A DNA stretch of 64,000 bases from Bdellovibrionota bacterium (GCA_050950765.1 JBMNIF010000003.1:576001-640000), one strand, 5' to 3'. Shown: positions 27,812 to 38,533, numbered from the stretch's first letter. The notes: generated from the letters alone by a model not told the origin. A program made the numbers and translations.

Positions 27812-29914
27812 TTAAATCTGCCAAACTCCGATCGTCTCGACCTGTATAGTCGGATCCAGTTCATCAAAGGTTACTACATCTATATAATCATAGGTCAACT
27901 GTAAAAAATCTGAGAGCTTATGCCTTAATCCAACAGGGCATAAGATACTAGCAGGTAAGAGACCTCTTAAGGCAATCTGCTCTGCTATCTGCTGTAAACC
28001 TCGCTGCATAGCTTCAAAAGTTTGCGGATCAATTACCGAAGCTCCGCCTTGAGAAGTTATCTGCACACCTTCTAACGCTTCCTCGATATCAGTAGAAACA
28101 GATATTACTTTTAATGTTTCTCTATGCGACAGAAGTCTGCCCAAAGTCTGCCTCTTTCGATCAATACGGATAAAAGAAACGATATCTTGTACATCGAAAT
28201 CATCTTCTTGAACCATAGAAGCACCATAGACCGAACAATAAGACGCTACCGATCCCAAGATCTGCCTGAAATTTCTAACGCTAATACCTTCACTAGCCAG
28301 TTTTTGTAGAATTGTTGTCATGCGAGAAACATTAATAAATTCAGAATTAAATGTTTCAGGTATTAGTCCAGGATAACGTTGCTGAATATCCTTCAACTCG
28401 GCATGAACATCTACAATTGATAAAACCTCTTCTGGATGACGTTGTAAAAATGCGGCGGCACGTAGTGTAATATATTCCATAAAATCGAAAATTCTTATCG
28501 CTCCAACTTCTGCAAATCTACGCAGATTTGTAGTATCAGCACACCATGCGATAGCATTACCAGAGATAGGGTGCATCTCTGTACTTTCTACTTCTAACCC
28601 GAAAGATCGCGCCGTTTCCGGATTCATCTCTATCAACATAGCTCCCGTCGGGATTCGTCCACTAAAGAGGGTCGTTTCACCGATACAAACTTTGTAATGA
28701 GAAGGTGAAAAAAACTTATCTCCATGAACCTTTAAAGGTGGTAGTTGCACCCCAGTGGCTTCATAAAAATCGTGTTGCAATTCAGAATAGCGACTGAAAT
28801 GACGCGCAGGCGCTACTTGATAAGATTTAAATAAAAGAGCAGCATCTAAAAATATATCCAACCTACTTTTTTCAAAATCATCAACTTCCTCTGCAACACT
28901 ACCCTTTGCAAATCCGATCCCTGCTTGGCGTAATAACGTTCGCTCTCCTGTTTGTCTCCCCCCTCCAGAATGATAAAGTGCCACACCTGCTAAACATAGC
29001 GATGTAAAAAGAAATGGCCAAAACGGCATATTAGGAAGTAGACCAACAATAAGAATCACAACAGATGCCACTGCTATTAAGAATGAACTCTGAAAAAGTT
29101 GCGATACTATATCTTTTCCAAGTGTTGTGTTTTCACCAGAGGAAACACGCGTGACAACAATACCAGCACAGATAGAGATCAATAACGCAGGAACCTGACT
29201 TACTAAACCATCACCGACTGTTAAAACTGTATAAGTCGAGACCGCTTCAGAAAAAGACATCTCTCCACGCAAGACTCCGACATACAGCCCTCCCAAAATA
29301 TTTGTAAAGATAATAAATATTCCGGCAATAGCGTCACCTTGCACAAACTTCATGGCACCATCCATCGCACCGTATAGTTGCGATTCTTTCCTTAAATCTT
29401 CTCGTTTGCGACAAGCTTCTTCCGCACTGATAATACCAGCACGTAAATCAGCATCGATCGCCATCTGCTTCCCCGGTAAGGCATCTAAAGCAAAACGTGC
29501 AGAAACTTCAGAAACACGTCCGGCACCACGTGTAATAACGATAAAATTCACGATCGTAATAATAGTAAATATTACACCACCGATAACGGGATCTCCAGCT
29601 ATCAGAAAGTCTCCAAATGATTGAATAACCTCTCCGGCATAGCCGTTACTGAGAATTAGTCGTGTGGAGGCAACATTTAATGATAATCTGAAAAGAGTTG
29701 TTAGAAGCAATAACGCTGGGAACGCCAGCAACGCCAAAGCATTTGGAATATACAGCCCAACTAATAGCAACAAAAGAGAGAAAGAGAGGTTTATGGCGAG
29801 TAAGAGGTCTAAGAGGGAAGTCGGTAACGGAATAAGCAACATCGCCGCGACTGCCACAACAAAGATGGCCAAAGCAGCATCACTATTCCTCGCAAAGATA
29901 GACTTCATAACCAT
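27812..29914 (-). CDS. sctV: Type III export gate, FHIPEP family (SctV/LcrD-like rather than FlhA)
   Basis: LFRLSLNVASTRLIL, RVSEVSARFALDALPGKQMAIDADL, ESQLYGAMDGAMKFVQGDAIAG, TVGDGLVSQVPALL, EGISVRN. Confidence 0.9.
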   Translation of the reverse strand: MVMKSIFARNSDAALAIFVVAVAAMLLIPLPTSLLDLLLAINLSFSLLLLLVGLYIPNALALLAFPALLLLTTLFRLSLNVASTRLILSNGYAGEVIQSFGDFLIAGDPVIGGVIFTIITIVNFIVITRGAGRVSEVSARFALDALPGKQMAIDADLRAGIISAEEACRKREDLRKESQLYGAMDGAMKFVQGDAIAGIFIIFTNILGGLYVGVLRGEMSFSEAVSTYTVLTVGDGLVSQVPALLISICAGIVVTRVSSGENTTLGKDIVSQLFQSSFLIAVASVVILIVGLLPNMPFWPFLFTSLCLAGVALYHSGGGRQTGERTLLRQAGIGFAKGSVAEEVDDFEKSRLDIFLDAALLFKSYQVAPARHFSRYSELQHDFYEATGVQLPPLKVHGDKFFSPSHYKVCIGETTLFSGRIPTGAMLIEMNPETARSFGLEVESTEMHPISGNAIAWCADTTNLRRFAEVGAIRIFDFMEYITLRAAAFLQRHPEEVLSIVDVHAELKDIQQRYPGLIPETFNSEFINVSRMTTILQKLASEGISVRNFRQILGSVASYCSVYGASMVQEDDFDVQDIVSFIRIDRKRQTLGRLLSHRETLKVISVSTDIEEALEGVQITSQGGASVIDPQTFEAMQRGLQQIAEQIALRGLLPASILCPVGLRHKLSDFLQLTYDYIDVVTFDELDPTIQVETIGVWQI

Positions 29915-29968
29915 TTATCAAAACCATAACAACACACTAAGGTTTAGCACTACTGATCCCCAAACTTG

Positions 29969-30925
29969 TTACATACTCGGAACTTCTGTATCTCCACCTA
30001 AGCCCATGTTGGAGAAAGAATCCATAAGTTGAACAGCAAAGCCGGAAAAAAGGATTATCAAGAATCCTAAGAAAACTAACGCCAGAGGTCCCGTAGCTTT
30101 TAACTCTAACTTCTTAATCTTAGCATCGATCTCTGTTTCTCTTTTGCTAGCTACGGCATCAGCCAACTCTTGCAACTGCCTCGTAATTTCACCGCCATGC
30201 TTAGCCACTTGAGATAAAGCTGTAAAGACGTGTTTTACCTCAGGATGTCCCGATCTATTTCCAACTTCAATTAAAGATTCTTCTAACGAAACACCTGATT
30301 TTAAATAGTAATAGGCGTGACTCACTAACTCAGTTACAACGTTATGACTACCCCTTTCATCTGCCATAGCAATAACACGTTGCAAACACGGTCCTATATC
30401 AAGAGAGCTGCTAACTCCGATAGCGATCTCTTCAATCACAAGGGGAAGATAATACATAATATCTTCAGATCTCTCTTTTATTCTGTGATCAAGTATCATA
30501 CTTGGTAGGCAGTATCCTGCAGCACCACCTGCGACGGCAGCAACTATCGTAAGCTCTGGTATAAGGATTGCGGCAAGAACTCCTAATATAACAGCTCCAC
30601 CCAACGGACATAAAATTCTTAAACGATCAAATTCCTTTCTTGCTTCTGAAGAGAATATCCCTGCTTGATATAACCTCTCCTCAATCGGGATATCGTTAGC
30701 ATTGCGTCGACGTGATCGACGGATCTTTTTATTTAATTTAGCCTCTTCCTTTCCTGTAACATCACCTGCTAGCTGCTCCCTAGCTCTCGCAACATCTCCC
30801 ATCTGCGATGTTTGCATCAGATTTTGCATACTTCTTTGCTGATTGGAGCGATAGATAAGGAAAATTATCCCCCCTAAAGAGATTACTGCTACAACACTTG
30901 CTATTATAAGAAATATCTGTTCCAC
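29969..30925 (-). CDS. tadC: Tad inner-membrane platform protein TadC (T2SSF domain)
   Basis: ERLYQAG, TM pair, T2SSF-like helical domain, C-terminal GPLALVF TM; follows tadB. Confidence 0.85.
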   Translation of the reverse strand: MEQIFLIIASVVAVISLGGIIFLIYRSNQQRSMQNLMQTSQMGDVARAREQLAGDVTGKEEAKLNKKIRRSRRRNANDIPIEERLYQAGIFSSEARKEFDRLRILCPLGGAVILGVLAAILIPELTIVAAVAGGAAGYCLPSMILDHRIKERSEDIMYYLPLVIEEIAIGVSSSLDIGPCLQRVIAMADERGSHNVVTELVSHAYYYLKSGVSLEESLIEVGNRSGHPEVKHVFTALSQVAKHGGEITRQLQELADAVASKRETEIDAKIKKLELKATGPLALVFLGFLIILFSGFAVQLMDSFSNMGLGGDTEVPSM

Positions 30926-30928
30926 CTA

Positions 30929-31906
30929 CTAAATCCTTATTTTTGTAACCTGCCTTATCCAGTACATGCCAAATAAGATCACTACTAAAGCGATCTGCCA
31001 CATCATCCATCCCGTTTCATTTTCTATGCTTTTTTCTACCATCTCAGGATTAACTACATACATATAACCTTCTATAAAAAAGATTACAGCGATAATAATC
31101 CAAACAGATCCACGCTGCATACCAACAGCAGCATTGGCAGAATCTCTGAAATACTGTCGTTTTCTAACTTGATGCGACAAACGCTCCAAAGTATCGGATA
31201 AAGCACCACCGACCCTTCTACTAAGCATTAAGGCTTGAACAAAAAGCTCTATCTCGGGATGGTTAATATCCTCTCCGAAAGTACCGATAGATCTCTCTTC
31301 GGGCACTCCAAAGCGTAACCGCTCCAACATCAACTCCACCTCTTCCCTAACGAGAGAATCAGGCTCAAGACCATTGGCAGCTGCTTCCATAGCCGTCATA
31401 GCGTTCATACCAGTTTTCAACATACTAACAAGAGAGAGTAAAAACGGTGCATAATCAATATCAAAATCTTTTACTCTTTTATTCATGAACCTATTTACCA
31501 ACCAGTGCATAAAAATAGGCCCCGATGAAAATGAAAGAACTACGATAAACCAACCAAATTTTATCGAAACAAGTGCGGCGACTGTTGCACTAATCAGAAA
31601 TTGTAAGAGATAGAACATTAGCGGCGGCATCTTCCACTGTGCATACCTAAGCTTTTTCTGCACTGTTAATTTTGAAGAGCTATTAACAGTAGCACTAACT
31701 TCTTGTGCAGAATCAAGTAACGTTTTCTCCGTCGGTGCCTTCCTGTTATCAGGTACACCTGAAGCTCTCTGCGCAGCCACGATCCTTGAAATCTGTCCTT
31801 TTGTCGAAGGAGCTCCGGCAAAAGGATTTCCGATCATCAAAAGCCCTAACATGATCAAGCCTAAGATACAAACGACACCTATCAGTATTATTACGTTAGT
31901 ATCCAT
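30929..31906 (-). CDS. tadB: Tad inner-membrane platform protein TadB
   Basis: KKLRYAQ, MLKTGMN, SRRVGGALSDTLERLS, two C-terminal TM helices. Confidence 0.87.
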   Translation of the reverse strand: MDTNVIILIGVVCILGLIMLGLLMIGNPFAGAPSTKGQISRIVAAQRASGVPDNRKAPTEKTLLDSAQEVSATVNSSSKLTVQKKLRYAQWKMPPLMFYLLQFLISATVAALVSIKFGWFIVVLSFSSGPIFMHWLVNRFMNKRVKDFDIDYAPFLLSLVSMLKTGMNAMTAMEAAANGLEPDSLVREEVELMLERLRFGVPEERSIGTFGEDINHPEIELFVQALMLSRRVGGALSDTLERLSHQVRKRQYFRDSANAAVGMQRGSVWIIIAVIFFIEGYMYVVNPEMVEKSIENETGWMMWQIALVVILFGMYWIRQVTKIRI

Positions 31907-31912
31907 CCTTAA

Positions 31913-33499
31913 CTATCTCCCTGTCGTATCTTGCCTTCGTGTACTCACTGTACTCATCGTTATCTCCGGTGGAGAATCTCCAAGAAAGATCCCATCACGG
32001 GCCAAGACCTCATCAAAGCTGCTTGACCATGAATCCACTCTCCAAGCAGGTTGTTTACCAGTTCTTATCAAGGTAAACATCGGTCTAACTTGGATAACAC
32101 CTTCAACGAAATGCCCGACTTCTATAATTTCACCGACACGAGGCTTACCTGAACCTTTTTCACGGAAAAGCCAAACCACCAAATCAACTGCTAGCGCGAT
32201 CTGTTGTCTAATAATATCGATAGAAACTGATTGCTGCGCACGACCTAAAAGTCCTTCAAGTCGTACTAAGGTTTCACGCGCATTACGCGCATGAATCGTT
32301 GACATACCAACGTGTCCAGTCTGTGCAGATTCCAAGAAAGCCTCTGCTGATGGTGGAGTACGCATCTCTCCTAATAAAACTCTGGTAGGAGTCATACGCA
32401 AAGTAGTTTTAATATGCTCCTGCAAAGTTACTTCACCGATACCTTCAAGGTTTGCAGTTCTTGAAACTAGAGAACGGAAAAAGGGGTGTTGTAAATTTAA
32501 CTCGGGTGTATCTTCAACAGCCACGATAGATTCATCTGGACCAAACTGAGTTGCTAATGCACGCATTAACGTTGTTTTTCCTGTTCCTGTTTCTCCTGAA
32601 AGCATTATCGTCGCCAACCCGCTCCTTGTAATACTACCGAGATAATCAACGATTAAGGCAGGAGCAGTTTGATAACTTACCACACCTTCAAGTGTAGCAG
32701 TTACAACACGTGGAATACGAATAGATAAGAGTGGACCTCTCTGCCCGCAAACAGATTCATGTACGGCACAGATACGGATACCGTTAGAGTATGAACAGTC
32801 AATGGTGTGTTGTTGTGTTGAAAGTGACTTACCAACTCGCATCAAAAGCCGATCAATAAAGGCTGTATAAGCCTGATTATTCGGCCAATGAATACCCGTC
32901 AACTCACTGACTTTTCCACGTTGCAAAACAACAGTCTGATAGTCATAAACATGAATATCAGTTACATCACGGTTATCTATTAAAGGTTGTAAAACACCCC
33001 ATCCTAAGAGGTCTTTTTGTAGGTGGATAATTATATTAGCACGCTCAATATCATCCAGCGTCTCTTCACGTCTCTTTAAGACTTTGTCGACAGCCTTGAC
33101 AATAGTTTCCTCTTTGATGATTTTATGCTCACCATCTTGACGCATCTGAGCATCACTACCGAGCTCTCGTCTAGCCTCCCTAAGGATCGTACTTCCTAAA
33201 GCAGATAATCCACCCGTACGCGCAGGTTTTTCTTGCCCCGCTGAAGCAGGGTTTTGCGGAGATGTTGGAGATCCAAAGATCGATGTAGCTGCGGTTCCTC
33301 CCGCAGGTGAAGCTAAAGTACCTTCTTGTCGTTGAGAAACCATTCCTGATGTCTTCGGTCTAGTAGATTGCAAACTTCCTTGTGACCTTACAGGCAACAT
33401 GGAATCTTTTGAGGACTCTGTACCTCCACTTGTTGTAGTGCCTGGACCCCTCGTCGAAAACAATCCTAAAAGTGCATCACGATCGTTATTCTTTGCCAT
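31913..33499 (-). CDS. tadA: Tad/Cpa pilus assembly ATPase TadA/CpaF with N-terminal low-complexity extension
   Basis: LGWGVLQPLI...VTDIHV, Walker A SGETGTGKTT, VEDTPEL, LRMTPTRVLLGEMR, TGH..MSTIHA. Confidence 0.93.
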   Translation of the reverse strand: MAKNNDRDALLGLFSTRGPGTTTSGGTESSKDSMLPVRSQGSLQSTRPKTSGMVSQRQEGTLASPAGGTAATSIFGSPTSPQNPASAGQEKPARTGGLSALGSTILREARRELGSDAQMRQDGEHKIIKEETIVKAVDKVLKRREETLDDIERANIIIHLQKDLLGWGVLQPLIDNRDVTDIHVYDYQTVVLQRGKVSELTGIHWPNNQAYTAFIDRLLMRVGKSLSTQQHTIDCSYSNGIRICAVHESVCGQRGPLLSIRIPRVVTATLEGVVSYQTAPALIVDYLGSITRSGLATIMLSGETGTGKTTLMRALATQFGPDESIVAVEDTPELNLQHPFFRSLVSRTANLEGIGEVTLQEHIKTTLRMTPTRVLLGEMRTPPSAEAFLESAQTGHVGMSTIHARNARETLVRLEGLLGRAQQSVSIDIIRQQIALAVDLVVWLFREKGSGKPRVGEIIEVGHFVEGVIQVRPMFTLIRTGKQPAWRVDSWSSSFDEVLARDGIFLGDSPPEITMSTVSTRRQDTTGR

Positions 33500-33561
33500 A
33501 TCAACAACCTATAAATAACAAACCTTTTGTTAAAACAAACATTCCTTTAATATATCAAAAG

Positions 33562-34440
33562 CTATTCTCCTAAAGGCATCATCCTACCATCCATGCCAAC
33601 GATCCACTTTTGATTATCTATAATAACAAACCCAGCAGAATTCGGTGGTCGTTGAGCCGGTCTCTTAGATCCTCCGCCCAGATCTCCGGTTGAGATGCCG
33701 GAACTAACTTTACTCGTCTTAGGATCTGAATCACCTCTCAAAGATAAACTCAATGTACCTTGACAGGTTTCAGCAAGAAGTATCTTTTGAGCATCACTAG
33801 CAGAGACAAGTAAGGTAATTGTACTCGGCACAGGTGCGTTTGGAGTTGCATTAGTAGAGATCTGTCTCTCTGCAGAAAGAACTTTGGCGTTCTGTACAAT
33901 TGTCTTCAAAGTAGACTGATTATTTATCATCAGAATCCAGTGCACATCGACCTTTGAACCAGGTTTGGCCCAACCTTCAACACTAGAAGTTGCATTCACT
34001 CTAATAGTCACCGCTCTAAATCCTGGTGGAATCTTTACTGAAACTGAACTAGTCGGACGTATGTTCGTTATATGATCCTCAAGTAGTGGAGAACCTGCAA
34101 TCAGAACCGTTCTTGAAAACATATTTGTGATCGCTTTGAAATCTTTAACAGTCCTTTCATCAACACTCATCGCCAACCTTGATTGCTGATCAAACATTGA
34201 TGGTTGCAACTGAATTCCCGCTGCAATCTCTTTAAGAGGCACAAGAACCTTAACCATCTCCTGTTGTACATACTCAGGCTTGGCAGTAGGAGCCGAAGCA
34301 ACACTTTCTGTTTGCTTGTCACCAGCACCTTTTAAATAGATAATACCGATAATCGCCACAGAAATTAGCAGAAGTAAAACTACCAATATAAGCGTTTTAT
34401 CTTGTCCGCCGGATCTTCCACCGAAAGAATGCCTTGCCAT
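33562..34440 (-). CDS. cpaB: Flp pilus assembly protein CpaB/RcpC (copy 1)
   Basis: N-terminal TM, SAF-like VLVPLKEI, IPPGFRAVTIRV...VEGWAKPGSKVDV, VQNAKVLS, TITLLVS, LSLSLR. Confidence 0.9.
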   Translation of the reverse strand: MARHSFGGRSGGQDKTLILVVLLLLISVAIIGIIYLKGAGDKQTESVASAPTAKPEYVQQEMVKVLVPLKEIAAGIQLQPSMFDQQSRLAMSVDERTVKDFKAITNMFSRTVLIAGSPLLEDHITNIRPTSSVSVKIPPGFRAVTIRVNATSSVEGWAKPGSKVDVHWILMINNQSTLKTIVQNAKVLSAERQISTNATPNAPVPSTITLLVSASDAQKILLAETCQGTLSLSLRGDSDPKTSKVSSGISTGDLGGGSKRPAQRPPNSAGFVIIDNQKWIVGMDGRMMPLGE

Positions 34441-34616
34441 ATCTTATTCACTCCAAAAAAACGCCATCTGATAAAAAATAAAAACAACTAAAAAACATTC
34501 GCAAATTGCTTTCGACAAAACTTCTTATCTATTTTAAAGATCTATGTTTAAGCCACATTAGATCAGCAATTTAAAGATTGTTCTTGTCCTCTCTCCTTAA
34601 AAAACTTTAAGCACTA

Positions 34617-35492
34617 CTATTCTGCCGGTGACAACCTACCATCAGCCCCAACAATAAACACCACTCCATCAACTATAACGGTTCCGATAGTACTAGGCGC
34701 TTGCTGAGATGTGTTAGAGCCACCACCTATTACATCTGTAATCGAGATATCAGAGCCACCACCATCTGCCTTTCCTGGATCGGTATCACCCCGTAGAGAC
34801 ATACTTAAGATGCCGTGACTGTTTTCAGCTAGTAACACCTTTTCAGCATCACTTTGGGAAACAAGTAATGTAATTGTGCTTGGCACAGGCGCACCTGGGG
34901 CAGCATTACTTGAAACCTGTCTCTCTGCCGAAAGAACCATAACGTTCTGCACGATCGTTTTTAAAGTGCACCTATTATTTTGAGTTGAAGTCCAATATAC
35001 ATCAACTTTTGAACCTGGTTTAGCCCAACCTTCAACACTAGAAGTTGCATTTACCTTGATTGCAACAGCTCTGTATCCTGGTGGAATCTCCGGAGAAACT
35101 AAATTTGACGGTTTTTGGCTTGTTATGTGATCCTCAAGTAAAGGAGAACCAGCTATCAGAACAGCTCTTGAATACATATTCATAATAGCTTCAAAATCTC
35201 TAACCGTTCTCTCATCAACACTCATCGCCAACCTTGATTGCTGCTCAAACATTGATGGCTGCAACTGAGTACCAACAGGAATCTCTTTAAGAGGAACAAG
35301 CACTTTCACCATTTCTCGCGTTGGCTCAACCCTTGCGGTAGGAGTCGGTGCATTAACACTGTTCGTCTTACTACCGCTACTTGCTAAATAAATAATACCG
35401 ATAATCGCTACGCAAATGAAGAGAAGCAAAACTACAACTATAAGCGTTTTATCTTGTCCGCCGGATCTTCCACCGAAAGAATGCCTTGCCAT
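34617..35492 (-). CDS. cpaB: Flp pilus assembly protein CpaB/RcpC (copy 2)
   Basis: Paralog of 33562-34440 with the same motifs (IPPGYRAVAIKV...VEGWAKPGSKVDV). Confidence 0.9.
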   Translation of the reverse strand: MARHSFGGRSGGQDKTLIVVVLLLFICVAIIGIIYLASSGSKTNSVNAPTPTARVEPTREMVKVLVPLKEIPVGTQLQPSMFEQQSRLAMSVDERTVRDFEAIMNMYSRAVLIAGSPLLEDHITSQKPSNLVSPEIPPGYRAVAIKVNATSSVEGWAKPGSKVDVYWTSTQNNRCTLKTIVQNVMVLSAERQVSSNAAPGAPVPSTITLLVSQSDAEKVLLAENSHGILSMSLRGDTDPGKADGGGSDISITDVIGGGSNTSQQAPSTIGTVIVDGVVFIVGADGRLSPAE

Positions 35493-35567
35493 ATCTTATT
35501 CACTCCAAAAAAACGCCATCTAATAAAAAACATCCAAAACTACATTTAAAAAAATAAGTGCCGCTAC

Positions 35568-36818
35568 TTAAACCTCCGCTTCTTTCCGTCCAAACATCCG
35601 TTTAAACCAACTGCCCCCACCATCACCTCCTACGGATTGATAATCCTGCGCACCAGTGTCATCTATCAGGTTCAACTCGCGTGCTATCGTTTCTAAAGTA
35701 CTTCTAGTCAGCTTCTGTCCCATACTATACAAAGTTCGACCACTTCCCGGCCACAAAGCCGCTCTCGGATCATTTGGAATAGGAGGAAGTCTCCAAGCTT
35801 CATCACCGAGATGGTGTGCTGGTTCTAACTCTTTCGCTATTTCAGATACCCCCAATAACGCCCCCGAATACGGATTTACTACGAACACTATTCCATCCGT
35901 ACCACCAACTAATGTTTTGACAAAGCTTAAGTAGAGATCAACAGCCGTTAGCCCAAGGATAGTATCATCCATCACGACTAAGACTACATCAGCAGCTCTT
36001 AAAATTGCACCCGTTGCAGGACCCATTCGTCCAGCAGTATCGACAATGATTACATCGAAAAGAACTCTTGATAATTCGGCAACACGTTGTACGATCGTCA
36101 TGCCATCTGTATGACACATCAGATCCATTGATTCTGCCATTCGATCTGGCGGCATCAGCACTGAAACATCACTACTAATAGGAATTAATGCATCGTTTAA
36201 AGATTGTCTCGAGATATCACGACTACCATTAACCCATGCACTAACAACTTTAGCCTCAGTACCATTCACCGTTAAAGAACGGCTTAAATCTCTGGTCTCA
36301 ACATCCAAATCCCACAACATGGTACGGCGATGAAATACACTACAAACTTCCGCTAAAGCAGCAGCGATAGAAGTTGCTCCAACACCACCCTTAGCGTGCG
36401 TTACGGCTATTAAACGACCTTCCTTCGTTCTGCCTTCTCTACGAAACTCCGCATGAATAGCTACTAACTCTTGAAGGAAATCAAGAGGGCTAGCACTATC
36501 GGGAAAAACTTTTCTTACACCACAAGCGTGTGCAGAACGGAAGGCACCGCCGCCATATACATCATCACGAACAAACATAATAATATGCAGCCACGGCACC
36601 TGTGACATCGCCTGTCTAGCGATAGAAGTTGATCTATCTCCTATCCCTGAACCGATTACAAGAACATCAGCCTCTTCCAACTTATCTGCGTAATCCTGTT
36701 CAGAAACGAGATGCACCTGCAAATCTAACATTTCAAGATCGCTCTGATTAAAGGATTCTATACGCTTGGCACAATAAGCCTGCGCTTCAGTTGTTTGATC
36801 TAAAATTAGCAGTTTCAT
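35568..36818 (-). CDS. cpaE: CpaE/TadZ-like protein (atypical receiver + MinD/ParA-type ATPase)
   Basis: Receiver-like N-terminus, deviant Walker A HAKGGVGATS, IIVDTA, C-terminal amphipathic SWFKRMFGR helix. Confidence 0.85.
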   Translation of the reverse strand: MKLLILDQTTEAQAYCAKRIESFNQSDLEMLDLQVHLVSEQDYADKLEEADVLVIGSGIGDRSTSIARQAMSQVPWLHIIMFVRDDVYGGGAFRSAHACGVRKVFPDSASPLDFLQELVAIHAEFRREGRTKEGRLIAVTHAKGGVGATSIAAALAEVCSVFHRRTMLWDLDVETRDLSRSLTVNGTEAKVVSAWVNGSRDISRQSLNDALIPISSDVSVLMPPDRMAESMDLMCHTDGMTIVQRVAELSRVLFDVIIVDTAGRMGPATGAILRAADVVLVVMDDTILGLTAVDLYLSFVKTLVGGTDGIVFVVNPYSGALLGVSEIAKELEPAHHLGDEAWRLPPIPNDPRAALWPGSGRTLYSMGQKLTRSTLETIARELNLIDDTGAQDYQSVGGDGGGSWFKRMFGRKEAEV

Positions 36819-36953
36819 CCCTCAAAACCCCAAAAAAAACAAAATGAAAGAAGCTTTCATATATCTGCGTCGACACATCTTCAAAAAACGTTGAGCATTT
36901 ATCACTTAAACACTTAAATAATTGCTCCTTTACCCCCCGTTATTTAAAAATCT

Positions 36954-38522
36954 CTACGAAATTTCCACACTCTTTTCCGTTTCCATTCTCTCCATGTCCC
37001 CCTGATATCTACCAAGAATTATCCATAAACAGAACGCCAACGCCCCAATACTTATCACCACTCCCAAAACAACCAACATTATTTTCAACCAAAGTGAATT
37101 GCTGTTATTAGCCAAAGCACGGTGTCTTTCTGCAAAGCGAGAGAGGTCACCACTACTATGCCGTCGTTCAGTATCCTCAAAGAATATGGAACTCTTAATA
37201 ATTTCAGGTTCATCAGAAAAAGACGAGAAATCTTGTAACTGCTTCTCATCCTTCCAATTAGCAACATTCAACACACTCGAAGTCACTGTGTCGTTATTTA
37301 AGTAATATTGAGAAGCGATCTCCACCACCTCTTGTGTCGCTACAACATCCTCCTCCTGCCTTAAGATCGGATCAGTTTTAAACTCAACATTAGCTTGAGT
37401 TTCATATCCTGCGATATCGCTAACATTACAACTGCTACACATCTCCGGAAATGGGTTCTCCAGCATGGATGAAGCATTTTCTCTTGAATCCAACCAATCA
37501 CCATACAAGCCATCTTGCTCATGTCTAACAGGAACTACTATTGTTTCTTCAAGTTTATCATCAAGATCTTCACCATACTCATCAAATCCCACAAATGGCG
37601 CGTCTTTCTCAACCACTTTTTTTGTAGGAAGCACTGAAAGGTCCGGTTTTTTTTCATCGGGTTGAGTATCATTAACGGTGTAGGAGATCTCAATATTATG
37701 AAAAGCTTCATACATCTCTCGAGCTGATTGAAAACGTTTTTCGGGATCCCGCGCCATAGCGCGTAAAATAATCTTCTCCAACTCTGGAGGACAATCAGAA
37801 CGATATTTTGAGATAGGATCAGGATCTGACTTTAACCGTTTTGTCATCGTTGCATAAACGCTGTCACCCCTAAAAGGAGCTTGTCCTGCTATCATCTCAT
37901 AACCGAGAATGCCGATAGCATAGATATCAGAACGCCAATCCACTTGAGAATTTAACATATATTCAGGGCTGACATAATCAATTGTACCTACAACACCACC
38001 GTGCTCGGTAAGTTTCGGACCGTGCCCTAATCTGGCGATTCCAAAATCAGCTATTTTAACACAGCCATCTTTGGTGAGCATAATGTTTTCTGGTTTTAAA
38101 TCTCTATGGATAATTTTTGCGTCATGAATCGCCTGCACCCCCAAGCACATCTGGCTTAAAATACTAAGTACTTCATGAATAGACATCTTATCTTGTTTTG
38201 CTAAACGGCTTGCTAAGTCTCCTCCCCCGACATACTCCATGGTATAGGCTACGATATCGCCATCACGTATAAATTCATACGCTCTAACAACATTAGGATG
38301 CGATACATCATAAGCTGCAAAGACTTCATTACGGAAACGTTGCGCTGCAACTTTATCTTGCGCAACTTCTGGGAAAAGAACTTTTGCCGCTATAATTCTT
38401 CCAGCTAACTCACGATCTCGACAAGCATAGACCAACCCCATGCTGCCTGCTCCAAGGCACTTTATCACCTCATAGCGACCAGCAATTAAAGTTCCTGATT
38501 GTAAAAATCGTTCCTCTGCCAT
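36954..38522 (-). CDS. Hanks-type Ser/Thr protein kinase with C-terminal TM anchor
   Basis: LGAGSMGLVY, IAAKVL, HRDLKPEN, DFG, GTIDYVSPE, DIYAIG all intact. Confidence 0.95.
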   Translation of the reverse strand: MAEERFLQSGTLIAGRYEVIKCLGAGSMGLVYACRDRELAGRIIAAKVLFPEVAQDKVAAQRFRNEVFAAYDVSHPNVVRAYEFIRDGDIVAYTMEYVGGGDLASRLAKQDKMSIHEVLSILSQMCLGVQAIHDAKIIHRDLKPENIMLTKDGCVKIADFGIARLGHGPKLTEHGGVVGTIDYVSPEYMLNSQVDWRSDIYAIGILGYEMIAGQAPFRGDSVYATMTKRLKSDPDPISKYRSDCPPELEKIILRAMARDPEKRFQSAREMYEAFHNIEISYTVNDTQPDEKKPDLSVLPTKKVVEKDAPFVGFDEYGEDLDDKLEETIVVPVRHEQDGLYGDWLDSRENASSMLENPFPEMCSSCNVSDIAGYETQANVEFKTDPILRQEEDVVATQEVVEIASQYYLNNDTVTSSVLNVANWKDEKQLQDFSSFSDEPEIIKSSIFFEDTERRHSSGDLSRFAERHRALANNSNSLWLKIMLVVLGVVISIGALAFCLWIILGRYQGDMERMETEKSVEIS

Positions 38523-38533
38523 TCAATCAATAA

